Shown in pieces: positions 9,481 to 17,975 of a stretch of DNA of 64,000 nucleotides. A model generated the notes under the pieces. It ran no database searches. It saw nothing but the letters and a program-made list of their open reading frames with translations, and had not been told where the DNA came from. The stretch is from Treponemataceae bacterium (GTDB lineage Bacteria > Spirochaetota > Spirochaetia > Treponematales > Rectinemataceae). The translations under genes were made by a program, and so were the position numbers. The DNA lies in the NCBI GenBank assembly GCA_963667725.2, contig CAXXHO010000003.1, positions 32,001 through 96,000 of the forward strand. The letters run 5' to 3'. Numbering within the stretch: position 1 is the stretch's first letter; each line of letters starts with the position of its first letter.

Positions 9481-11079
9481 ATGGAATGGAACACCACCTC
9501 GCTCGGACGTGTCGTCCCGGCCGAAATCGACGGTAAAAAGCTGACCCCCTTCGCCGGCGCCTTCGCCGATCCACGCGCCGCGGCCGTCAGTTCTGAGCGG
9601 TCCGACCAGCGCGCCGCGGCCGCAGCCGCCCCCTCCATGCGGCAAACCCTTCGCCCCATTCCCTCGCGCGGCCGGCCGGTTAAGCTCGTCTCCGGCTGGA
9701 ACGACCTTTTCGACCGCCTGGAGCTTCGCGACGGAGCCACCATTTCCTTTCATCACCATCTTCGCGACGGCGACCGAATCGTGCTGGAAGTGGTTTCCCG
9801 GCTCGCGGCCCGGGGGCTTCGCGGCCTCAGGATCGCGCCCACGGCCCTCTTTCCCGTCCACGAAGGCCTTCTGCCCTTCATCCGCTCGGGCGTTGTCGCC
9901 AGGGTCGAAGGATCGATGTATGGCGCGATAGGGGCCGCCTGCTCCAAGGGCGAAATCCCGGAACTCTGCGTCCTGCGCTCCCACGGAGGCCGGCAGAGGG
10001 CTGTCCAGGAAGGCGAACTCGTCATCGACGCGGCCTTCATCGCCGCGCCCTGCGCCGATCCCTTCGGCAACGCCAACGGTCTCTCCGGAAAATCCGCCTG
10101 CGGCCCCTTGGGCTATGCCTTGCCCGATTCGCAGAACGCCCGAAAGGTGGCCGTCATCACCGACGGCCTCGTGCCCTATCCCTGCCATCACTGGTCGATC
10201 AAGGGCGCCAACGTCGATTATGTGCTCGAAGTGGAGAGCATCGGCGACAGCGCGAAGATCGTCTCCGGCAGCACGAAGCTGACGAGAAGCCCGACCCAGC
10301 TGCTGATAGCTGACATGACCGCCCGTTTCATAGAAGCCGCAGGCATCATGAAGGAAGGCTTTTCCTTCCAGGCGGGAGCGGGGGGCATTTCCCTCGCGGC
10401 GACCGTCTTCCTCGCCGAACGGATGCGCAAGGCAGGAGTGAAAGCTTCCTTCGCCCACGGCGGCGCCACGAAAGTCCTCGTCGACCTTCTCGAGGAAGGC
10501 CTTCTCGGCTCCATCGTTGATCTCCAGAGTTTCGACCTGGACGCCGCGCTCTCATGCGCCCGGGATCCGCGCCACATCGAATCCGATCCCTTTTCCTCCT
10601 ACGGACCGCGGTCGGCGGGCTGCGTCGCGAACATGCTCGACGTGGCAATCCTAGGCGCCACCGAAGTGGACCTCGACTTCAACGTCAACGTGAACACCCA
10701 TTCGGACGGCCTGCTTCTCCACGGCATCGGCGGCCACACCGACGCAGCCTCGGGCGCTGGCTGCACGATCATCACCGCGCCTTCTTTCAGAAAGCGCATC
10801 CCCATCGTGCGGGAAAGGGTGACGACGCTGACCTGCCCGGGCGAAGTGGTCGACGTGATCGTCACCGAGCGCGGCATCGCCATCAATCCCGCCCGCCCTG
10901 ACCTGATCGAGCGCTCATGTCGTGCTGGATTGCCCCTGGTGGACCTGCCTCGGCTCATGGAGGATGTCCGCAAAATCACCGGCATTCCCGAAGCGCCTCG
11001 CTTCAAGGACAGGCCGGTCGCCCTCATCGAATGGCGCGACGGGACGGTCATCGATGTCGTGAGAGAGTTGGATCTCTAA
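9481..11079 (+). CDS. citF: Citrate lyase alpha subunit (citrate CoA-transferase)
   Basis: ISFHHHLRDGD, RSHGGR, FSFQAGAGG, GIGGHTD, EWRDGTVID. Confidence 0.93.
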   Translation: MEWNTTSLGRVVPAEIDGKKLTPFAGAFADPRAAAVSSERSDQRAAAAAAPSMRQTLRPIPSRGRPVKLVSGWNDLFDRLELRDGATISFHHHLRDGDRIVLEVVSRLAARGLRGLRIAPTALFPVHEGLLPFIRSGVVARVEGSMYGAIGAACSKGEIPELCVLRSHGGRQRAVQEGELVIDAAFIAAPCADPFGNANGLSGKSACGPLGYALPDSQNARKVAVITDGLVPYPCHHWSIKGANVDYVLEVESIGDSAKIVSGSTKLTRSPTQLLIADMTARFIEAAGIMKEGFSFQAGAGGISLAATVFLAERMRKAGVKASFAHGGATKVLVDLLEEGLLGSIVDLQSFDLDAALSCARDPRHIESDPFSSYGPRSAGCVANMLDVAILGATEVDLDFNVNVNTHSDGLLLHGIGGHTDAASGAGCTIITAPSFRKRIPIVRERVTTLTCPGEVVDVIVTERGIAINPARPDLIERSCRAGLPLVDLPRLMEDVRKITGIPEAPRFKDRPVALIEWRDGTVIDVVRELDL

Positions 11080-11129
11080 ATAGTCCTATTTATACCGATA
11101 CCCCCTATACATAAAACCCGAAATTCTGT

Positions 11130-11148
11130 ATGTTAACAGTGTTAACAT
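11130..11148. promoter_or_regulatory. Probable TetR operator ATGTTAACA-G-TGTTAACAT
   Basis: Perfect 9-bp inverted repeat over a -10-like TATGTT, just upstream of tetR. Confidence 0.75.
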
Positions 11149-11171
11149 GCCTGACTGAAAAAGGGGATTTC

Positions 11172-11816
11172 ATGCTTGAGGCGGAAAAAGGCACGAGCCG
11201 GCGAATTCGCGAGGCCGCCAAGAAGATCATCTCCGAAGAAGGCATGGAAGCCCTCTCGATGAGGAAGCTCGGCAAAGCCGTGGGCTTGAGCCAGGCGGCT
11301 GTGTATCGCCACTACAGGGACAAGGAAGCGCTCATACTGGCAGTCGTGGGCGAAGGTTATTCAGGCATCGTCGCGACCCTGGAATCGATCGCGGCTTCCG
11401 CTTCCTCCACCGAGGACTTTTTCCGGAAGTCGCTGAGAGGCTACGTGGAGTGGGCGTTATCCGACCCTGCCATGTTCAAGGCTCTGGCCCTGCGCGACGC
11501 TGGGCCGGCGGCTCGCCAGGTCAATTCTCTTTCGCCGGGCGTCTCGGCAAAACGAGAGACCTTCCAGATCCTCGTGGCGAAACTTGTGGAAGGGATGGCC
11601 GATGGCTCAGTGGCGAAGGTCGATCCGGAACTTTTGGCGCAGGTTCTTTGGATGTGGGTATTCGGCATCGCCGCCCGCCTTGTCCTGGAGCCGGAAATTC
11701 CGCCCCAGCACAGGGAAAAACTGATCGTAAACGCGGGGATAATGATATCCCGCAGCCTCAGGCCCGAAAGGGCTGAGGAAGATAGCCGCGACGCGGCCAA
11801 GGAGAAAGGACAATGA
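11172..11816 (+). CDS. TetR/AcrR-family regulator
   Basis: LSMRKLGKAVGLSQAAVYRHYRDKEAL HTH; SD AAGGGG. Confidence 0.92.
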   Translation: MLEAEKGTSRRIREAAKKIISEEGMEALSMRKLGKAVGLSQAAVYRHYRDKEALILAVVGEGYSGIVATLESIAASASSTEDFFRKSLRGYVEWALSDPAMFKALALRDAGPAARQVNSLSPGVSAKRETFQILVAKLVEGMADGSVAKVDPELLAQVLWMWVFGIAARLVLEPEIPPQHREKLIVNAGIMISRSLRPERAEEDSRDAAKEKGQ

Positions 11817-12295
11817 AACTATTGGTCCTGTATGACACGAAACATGGAACGACAGCCGAGGTGGCCAGGGCCATAGCCTCGGCGTCGGGCGGAACCGCCG
11901 TCCCGCTGGCGGACTGTCCGGCATCGCTCGCCGGCTACGACAAGGTCGTGCTGGGCGCCCCCGTCTATTTCGGCCAATGGTCGAAAGCGCTCGGCGCCCT
12001 CGCCCTCGAGCGCCAAAACGAGCTTTCCGGCCCGAAGCTCTATGCCTTCGCGCTGGGCATGATGCCGAACGACCATGCCGGGGTAGTGAAGGCGACTCTG
12101 CCGGCCACTCTCGCCGATAAAATCGGGGGCATCCAGTGTTTCGGCGGACGCATCGATCCGGCGAAGCTGGGTTTCGCCGAACGCTTTATAACGAAAATGG
12201 TGTCGAAGGCTTCGGCCAAGCAGGGGCAGGCAACGGTCGAACTCGATCTCGCCGCCGCGGCGGAATTCGGAAGGAGGCTTCGCGATGAAGCCTAA
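11813..12295 (+). CDS. Flavodoxin-domain protein (HemG/flavodoxin_5-like)
   Basis: YDTKHGTT FMN loop; GAPVY; FGG. Confidence 0.85.
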   Translation: MKLLVLYDTKHGTTAEVARAIASASGGTAVPLADCPASLAGYDKVVLGAPVYFGQWSKALGALALERQNELSGPKLYAFALGMMPNDHAGVVKATLPATLADKIGGIQCFGGRIDPAKLGFAERFITKMVSKASAKQGQATVELDLAAAAEFGRRLRDEA

Positions 12296-12662
12296 GGCGA
12301 GTCCCTTCCTCATCGCCCTCATGCTGGTGTCTCTTGGGTTGGCTTCTTCCTGCGCCATGGATCCCGTGCCCGTGGCGGTGATGCCTGATATCTCGGCCAA
12401 GACCGACGGTGTCTACACAGGCGGCTACGATGGCGGCCTCGTCAAGGCCACCGTCGCGGTCACGCTGAGAGCCGGGCGGATCGACGCCATAAAAATCGTG
12501 AGTCACGACTGCAGTCCCGTCGGGAAAAAGGGCGAAGCGGTGGTCGACCGCGTCGTCGAGAGGCAGACCCTCGCGGTGGATGTCGTGTCGGGAGCCACCG
12601 GTTCCAGCATGGTGCTTCTCAAAGCTATCGAAATCGCCATTTCAGGAGAACCCGGTACTTGA
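12285..12662 (+). CDS. FMN-binding lipoprotein (extracytoplasmic flavinylation domain)
   Basis: Lipobox LASSC; DGVYTG; VDVVSGATGSS flavinylation motif. Confidence 0.85.
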   Translation: MKPKASPFLIALMLVSLGLASSCAMDPVPVAVMPDISAKTDGVYTGGYDGGLVKATVAVTLRAGRIDAIKIVSHDCSPVGKKGEAVVDRVVERQTLAVDVVSGATGSSMVLLKAIEIAISGEPGT

Positions 12663-12707
12663 CAAATTTCACAGACTTTATTAGTGTATTAGCTATCTAA
12701 TACACTA
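12659..12707 (+). promoter_or_regulatory. Promoter TTGACA-N17-TAGTGT overlapped by a YtrA/GntR operator TAGTGTATTAG-N4-CTAATACACTA
   Basis: Perfect 11-bp inverted repeat at 12682-12707 with AGTGTA/TACACT half sites; YtrA-type gene in the same operon. Confidence 0.8.
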
Positions 12708-12717
12708 GGAGTGTGTG

Positions 12718-13674
12718 ATGGTAAAGATTCAGTCCATGACCTTCGGGTATGGTAAGAGACCGCTCTTCGAGGGTCTCGATCTGAGGCTCGAACCGGGTAC
12801 GGTATTCGGCCTCTTGGGCCTTAACGGGGCCGGCAAGACGAGTTTGTTGAAGCTTCTCGCCGGCGCCCTCAGCCCTCAGTCGGGCTCGATAAGCGTCTTC
12901 GACGCCGAGCCCCGGCGGAGGGAAGCGGCTTTTCTGGCGGACACGGTCTTCGTGCCCGAGGACCCCTGGCTGCCGGCCATAAAGCCCTCGGCCTGGCTGG
13001 AACGCTACGCTGTGTTCCGCCCTGCCTTCAACAGGAAGGCCTTCCTCGAACTGGCCCACGAATTCGCGCTGGACGAGGACAAGCTTCTCACCCGATATTC
13101 CTACGGCCAGCGAAAGAAATTCGCTCTCGCCGCCGCCCTGTCGAGCGGTTCACGGCTCATCCTTCTCGACGAGCCGACCAACGGTCTCGACATCCCTTCC
13201 AAATCCCAATTCAGGCGCGCCCTCGCGTCCTCAGCCGAGGCGGACAGGATCATCGTCGTATCCACCCATCAGGTCCGCGACCTCGAGCGCCTGATCGATC
13301 CCGCTGTCATAGTCCATGGAGGGAAGATACTCTTCAGCCTCGGCTCGGAAATGATGGCCGCGAGACTAGGCTCCGGCCATGTGCGGGAGCTGGGTCCCGA
13401 TGTCGTCTACGCCGAAAAGGACAGGGTGGGGTACTCCGTCCTCCTCAAGCGTTCCTCCGACAATACCGGCTCCGGCGAAATCCAGACCGCCGATCTCGAA
13501 CTCGTTTTCAACGCGGCGATCGCCGCGCCGCGGCGCCTCGAAGCCGCTCTCCGCGGCGAATCGCTGCGCCCTCTCGATCCCGCGGACGCGGCCCAGGCGG
13601 CTGACGCGGCACGAACGGCGGATCGGACCTCTTCCGGCGCGGCGAAAGACTATGCCGAGGAGGCCTCGAAATGA
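12718..13674 (+). CDS. ABC transporter ATP-binding protein (YtrB-like)
   Basis: GLNGAGKT; YSYGQ; LLDEPTNGLD; STH. Confidence 0.92.
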   Translation: MVKIQSMTFGYGKRPLFEGLDLRLEPGTVFGLLGLNGAGKTSLLKLLAGALSPQSGSISVFDAEPRRREAAFLADTVFVPEDPWLPAIKPSAWLERYAVFRPAFNRKAFLELAHEFALDEDKLLTRYSYGQRKKFALAAALSSGSRLILLDEPTNGLDIPSKSQFRRALASSAEADRIIVVSTHQVRDLERLIDPAVIVHGGKILFSLGSEMMAARLGSGHVRELGPDVVYAEKDRVGYSVLLKRSSDNTGSGEIQTADLELVFNAAIAAPRRLEAALRGESLRPLDPADAAQAADAARTADRTSSGAAKDYAEEASK

Positions 13675-14468
13675 CCAACGCGACGTTGAATAAAACATTC
13701 AGCTTTGAGAGGCTGGCCCTCCTCGTGAGGAATCGCGCCTTTGAGGATTTCCCGTCCATCGCCATCGTCGCCGGAATTCTGGCGGGGATCAATCTCCTGT
13801 CCATTCTCATTGTCGGAAAGGCTGTCATGAACGATCCCGACGGCCAGTCCTGGATCTTCACGATAAGCCTCGCGGGACTCATCCTGGCTGGCTCCGCGTT
13901 CAAGGGCATGCACGACGGGCGTTCGGGCACCGACTGGCTTCTTCTTCCCGCCACAAGCCTCGAAAAGTACGCCGCCGCCCTGGTTTCCTATCTGATCCTC
14001 CTCCCCGTCGCCGCGGCGATCGGAGCCACCGGACTTTCGGCTATTCTCTCCCTCATCGAGCTGATAGCCGGAGGGCAGGGGGGGAGAATCCTGAACCCCA
14101 TCCAGGCTTTTGGCTTCAAGGGATGGATCGATTTCGCGACGGGAGCCCTTGTCCTCGCCGCAGGATCGGCCACGTTCAGGAAGAGGGCGCTGATCAAGAC
14201 CCTCGGCATCGTCATCGTCACCGTCCTCGTCGCCTCCGGACTTCTCTTCGTCGCCTTCATCGGCGTCAGGGGAATCCAAGGTCTTCCCGTTCCCTTCGTC
14301 AGGATGTCCGACGGCGGCTGGAATATCAACGGCGACATGTCGATGAAGGCCTCGCCGGCCCTCGATGTGCTGCTGGGCATCGTCCGTTATGCCTTCGTCC
14401 CGCTTTTTGCCCTGCTCTACGGCTACTTCCGCGTCGCGGAAAAGGAAGCGCGCGATGAGGTTCAATGA
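13671..14468 (+). CDS. ABC exporter membrane subunit
   Basis: About six TM segments; LLLPATSLEK motif; coupled to the ATPase gene. Confidence 0.75.
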   Translation: MTNATLNKTFSFERLALLVRNRAFEDFPSIAIVAGILAGINLLSILIVGKAVMNDPDGQSWIFTISLAGLILAGSAFKGMHDGRSGTDWLLLPATSLEKYAAALVSYLILLPVAAAIGATGLSAILSLIELIAGGQGGRILNPIQAFGFKGWIDFATGALVLAAGSATFRKRALIKTLGIVIVTVLVASGLLFVAFIGVRGIQGLPVPFVRMSDGGWNINGDMSMKASPALDVLLGIVRYAFVPLFALLYGYFRVAEKEARDEVQ

Positions 14469-14880
14469 CGAGAAACCGATTTTCGCCCAGATCGCCGAGC
14501 TTTTCGCCGACGACATCGTGGCGGGCAGAATACCGGCGGGGGAGAGGCTGCCTTCGGCGAGGGACATAGCCTCATCGCTTGAAGTGAACCCCAACACCGC
14601 CGCCCGCGCCCTGCAGTCTCTGGCCGAATCGGGCATAGCCCGTGTCGAGCGGGGCACCGGCTATTACGTGTCCGAAACGGGCGCGAGCAAAGCCAGGGAA
14701 ATCAAGCGCGCCCGCTTCCTCGACGAGGAGCTGCCGCGATTTTTCAGATCGATGGCTGACCTCGAGATTGCGTTCGAGGAAATAGAATCGCGGTGGACCG
14801 GCCTCGCGGCCGCCGCCGCCGCAGCGACCCCCGCAGCCTCAGCGGCCCCAGCGGCCGATGACAAGGATGGAATAGCATGA
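14455..14880 (+). CDS. GntR-family regulator, YtrA subfamily
   Basis: PIFAQI, LPSARDIA, VNPNT, RGTGYYV. Confidence 0.92.
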   Translation: MRFNDEKPIFAQIAELFADDIVAGRIPAGERLPSARDIASSLEVNPNTAARALQSLAESGIARVERGTGYYVSETGASKAREIKRARFLDEELPRFFRSMADLEIAFEEIESRWTGLAAAAAAATPAASAAPAADDKDGIA

Positions 14881-14972
14881 AAACAAGCAACCGGCTTTTA
14901 TTGATTTTCGGTATCGCGGCGCTCGTCCTCATCGTCGCGGCGGCGATCATCGCCGGCACGACGATAGCCTGA
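14877..14972 (+). CDS. 31-aa single-TM peptide (MKTSNRLLLIFGIAALVLIVAAAIIAGTTIA), possibly a truncated gene
   Basis: ATGA overlap with the gntR stop; AAGGA upstream; hydrophobic signal-anchor; absent from the ORF track. Confidence 0.5.
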   Translation: MKTSNRLLLIFGIAALVLIVAAAIIAGTTIA

Positions 14973-14990
14973 TCCGCCAATGGGTTACAT

Positions 14991-15012
14991 ACCCCGCGGC
15001 TTGCCGCGGGGT
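14991..15012. repeat. GC-rich REP-like hairpin ACCCCGCGGC-TT-GCCGCGGGGT (may also act as terminator)
   Basis: Perfect 10-bp stem followed by TGTTGATTTTT. Confidence 0.5.
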
Positions 15013-15134
15013 TGTTGATTTTTCCGCGGCGCTCTTGTCCTCTCCGATCATTTCCTGTACTTTTTAATTGAGGTTCCGGGAAAAGCGCGATAAAACCCTT
15101 TTTCCGGAACCTACAATATTTTTGGAGACGCCCC

Positions 15135-16211
15135 GTGGACGTCCACGTTCTTCCCAAGCCGGTAAACGCCCTCATGGCCACCCGGCTCGTTCAGCAAACG
15201 ACATTCTGGAGCCGGGTCAAGAGAAGCCTCGGCTGGAAAGTCCTCGCCTTCGATATAAAAGCCGATGGTTCGCCCTCCGGCGATGTCCTCCTCCTCCTGC
15301 GCGACGTGGGCGGAGGCATGAGCATCGCCTATTCCCCCTTCGGTCCCGAAAAACTCCCGGACGATGACAATCGTGGTCTCTACCTCTCCGCCCTGTCCTC
15401 CGAACTCTGCCGGTACCTGGGACCGGGCTGCCTCTTCGTGCGTTGGGATCTGCCCTGGACTTCTCCCTATGCCGAGGAGGAGGATCGCTACGACAGCGCC
15501 GGCTACTGGCTCGGTCCGCCCGAAACGCGCCTGGCGGAACTCAGGATGAACTGGGGCGTGCCCGACGTGGGCCTGCGCAAATCGCCCAGCGATATTCTCC
15601 CTCCCGACACCATTCTCGTGGATCTGCGGGGCGGCGATTCGGCTCTCCTGGCACGGATGAAGCCCAAGACTCGCTACAATATACGCCTCTCGGCGAAAAA
15701 GGGCGTGTCGGTGCGGGAAGGAAGCTTGACCGACTTGGGGCTCTGGCAGAGACTCTATTCCGCGACCGCCCGACGAAATGGCATCGTTCCCCACGAGCAA
15801 CGCTTCTTCCAGGCTCTTTCGCAGGGCGAGAATTCCGATGCCAAGGTAAGGCTCCTCATAGCGGAGAGGGATGAAAAACCCTTGGCTGCGATGTTCCTCT
15901 CCATGTCAGCCGACAGGGCCACCTACCTGTACGGCGCTTCGTCGGGGGAGGAGAGGAACCTGATGGCGCCCTACGCGCTGCAATGGGCCGCCATGGGTCT
16001 GGCCAGGCGGGAAGGATGCGCGAGCTACGATCTGTTCGGCGTTGCTCCCCGCCCCGATCCCGATCACCCGATGTACGGGCTCTTCGTTTTCAAGAGCGGA
16101 TTCGGCGGCTCGATGCTTCACCGCCAGGGCTCGTGGGATTACCCCTACGATGAAAAAGCCTATGAAATGTACCTGGCCCGGGAATCGATGAGCTCGGGAT
16201 TCCATCTCTAG
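15135..16211 (+). CDS. FemX/FemAB-family peptidoglycan aminoacyltransferase
   Basis: MKPKTRYNIRL, YLYGASS, YALQW, YDLFG, FKSGFGG. Confidence 0.88.
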   Translation: MDVHVLPKPVNALMATRLVQQTTFWSRVKRSLGWKVLAFDIKADGSPSGDVLLLLRDVGGGMSIAYSPFGPEKLPDDDNRGLYLSALSSELCRYLGPGCLFVRWDLPWTSPYAEEEDRYDSAGYWLGPPETRLAELRMNWGVPDVGLRKSPSDILPPDTILVDLRGGDSALLARMKPKTRYNIRLSAKKGVSVREGSLTDLGLWQRLYSATARRNGIVPHEQRFFQALSQGENSDAKVRLLIAERDEKPLAAMFLSMSADRATYLYGASSGEERNLMAPYALQWAAMGLARREGCASYDLFGVAPRPDPDHPMYGLFVFKSGFGGSMLHRQGSWDYPYDEKAYEMYLARESMSSGFHL

Positions 16212-16222
16212 AGGAGAGACCT

Positions 16223-17668
16223 TTGCTGCTGACCGGAGCCATTATCCTTATCTTTCTCGCCCTCAGCGCCGCCTTCTTCCGGCGCTTCAACGTTCCCATG
16301 ATAATCCTGGCCCTGGCGGTCGGCATATTTTTCGGTAGCGACGTTACGGGCATCATCTATTTCGACGATGCCTTCCTCACCCGGAGGCTGGCAGACATAG
16401 CCCTGGTCTTCGTCCTTTTCGCGGGCGGCTACAGCATCAAACGCTCCGATCTCAAACCAATCTTGCTTCCGACCATGACGCTGGCGACCCTCGGCGTCCT
16501 CCTCACCATGATCGTAAGTACCGTCATATTCCATTTTCTGAGCGGCTGGACCTTCTCCCGATCCCTGCTCGTCTCGGCCGTCATATCGTCGACCGACGCC
16601 GCGGCCGTCTTCTCCATTCTGCGAAACAGGTCCCTGCGGAAACGTCCTTCGGCGATCACGGAGATAGAGTCGGCGGCGAACGATCCCATGGCCATCATCT
16701 CGACGACCTTCATCGTCAGGGTAGTCGCCGGCTCCGACATTGAAGTGGGGCGCACGATCCTTCTCTTTCTGTGGCAGTTGGCGGGAGGCGTGGGGATAGG
16801 CCTAGCCATAGGCTGGGCGGGAGTCTGGCTCTTCAGGAAAATCAAGGAAGTCGAAAGCGGATACTATTACATCCTCCTCATCGGCCTCATCCTCGCGAGC
16901 TACGGAGCCGCCGATCTCGTCGGGGCGAGCGGCATGCTCTCGGCCTTTTTCGCGGGCTATCTCTTGGGCAACAGCAAGCTGCCGCTCAAGCAGGCCATTT
17001 CATCCTTCACCGCGACGCTTTCCTTCGTCGCCAACGCCGGTCTCTTCATCCTCCTCGGCCTCCTTATGTTCCCCAGGAGCCTGGGGCTGGTCTGGAACCA
17101 GGGACTTCTCATCTTCATCATCCTTTCCTTCATAGCGCGACCAGTCGCCGTCTTCCTGTGTACGATGTTCATGAAAATTCCCTTCAAGGAAAAAATCTTC
17201 CTGAGTTGGAGCGGCATCCGCGGCTCAGTCCCCATCGTCCTCGCGACCTACCCGGCCGCGGCAGGCCTGGACCCGGATCGCCAGATCTTGAACATCATCT
17301 TTCTGGCCGTAACCCTGTCGATTCTCATCCAGGGCACGACGATCGGCAAGCTCGCCGAACTTCTCGGGCTCAGCGCGAAGGAACAGCCGAAGGCCAAGCA
17401 GAAAATGGAGCTCGTGACGGTCCACGATACGAAATACGAACTGGTGGAGCTCTTCATCGACGGCGACCTTTATAGGGGCGAAGCCTCGCTCTCGAAACTG
17501 GAGCTGCCCTCCGATGTCGCCATCACGATGATCGCGCGCAAGGAAAGGATCATCGCTCCCCGCGGAAACACGGTCATAAGGCCGGGCGATATCCTCACGA
17601 TCCTGGTCGAGGAAGAGAAGGTGAGAGAGGTTGCCGACAGCATTCTTTCGCGTTTCCAGAAGCATTGA
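16223..17668 (+). CDS. K+/H+ antiporter (CPA1, NhaP2/CvrA-like) with TrkA-C domain
   Basis: SSTDAAAVFSIL, ESAANDP, GIRGSVPI; C-terminal APRGNTVIRPGD; start codon uncertain. Confidence 0.9.
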   Translation: MLLTGAIILIFLALSAAFFRRFNVPMIILALAVGIFFGSDVTGIIYFDDAFLTRRLADIALVFVLFAGGYSIKRSDLKPILLPTMTLATLGVLLTMIVSTVIFHFLSGWTFSRSLLVSAVISSTDAAAVFSILRNRSLRKRPSAITEIESAANDPMAIISTTFIVRVVAGSDIEVGRTILLFLWQLAGGVGIGLAIGWAGVWLFRKIKEVESGYYYILLIGLILASYGAADLVGASGMLSAFFAGYLLGNSKLPLKQAISSFTATLSFVANAGLFILLGLLMFPRSLGLVWNQGLLIFIILSFIARPVAVFLCTMFMKIPFKEKIFLSWSGIRGSVPIVLATYPAAAGLDPDRQILNIIFLAVTLSILIQGTTIGKLAELLGLSAKEQPKAKQKMELVTVHDTKYELVELFIDGDLYRGEASLSKLELPSDVAITMIARKERIIAPRGNTVIRPGDILTILVEEEKVREVADSILSRFQKH

Positions 17669-17767
17669 AGCCTCGTGGAGCACATTACAGCTAAACCTAT
17701 ATAAAGAGACGCCCTCTATATCTCCGTAATAGTAGTTTTTAATATGAGTTTATCTATAGAATATTAT

Positions 17768-17785
17768 TGGTAGGATGACTTGACA
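17768..17785 (+). promoter_or_regulatory. Putative FadR-family box TGGTAGGATGACTTGACA including the -35 hexamer
   Basis: Identical 18-mer at 21546-21563. Confidence 0.7.
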
Positions 17786-17975
17786 ACCTATCAAAAGGAT
17801 TTAATAATACCTTATCCCACAGTATTACAGGAGGGTTTGCTATGGTGTAGTAAACAATTTTCAAGGTAATCGTACATGTCTTTTACGACAGTTCGTTCAA
17901 GCTTAACCATAGGCTTGAAGGATTTAAGTGTAAGTAATTGCTAATGATTATCGCTGGAAAAAAGGAAGGCAGGGC

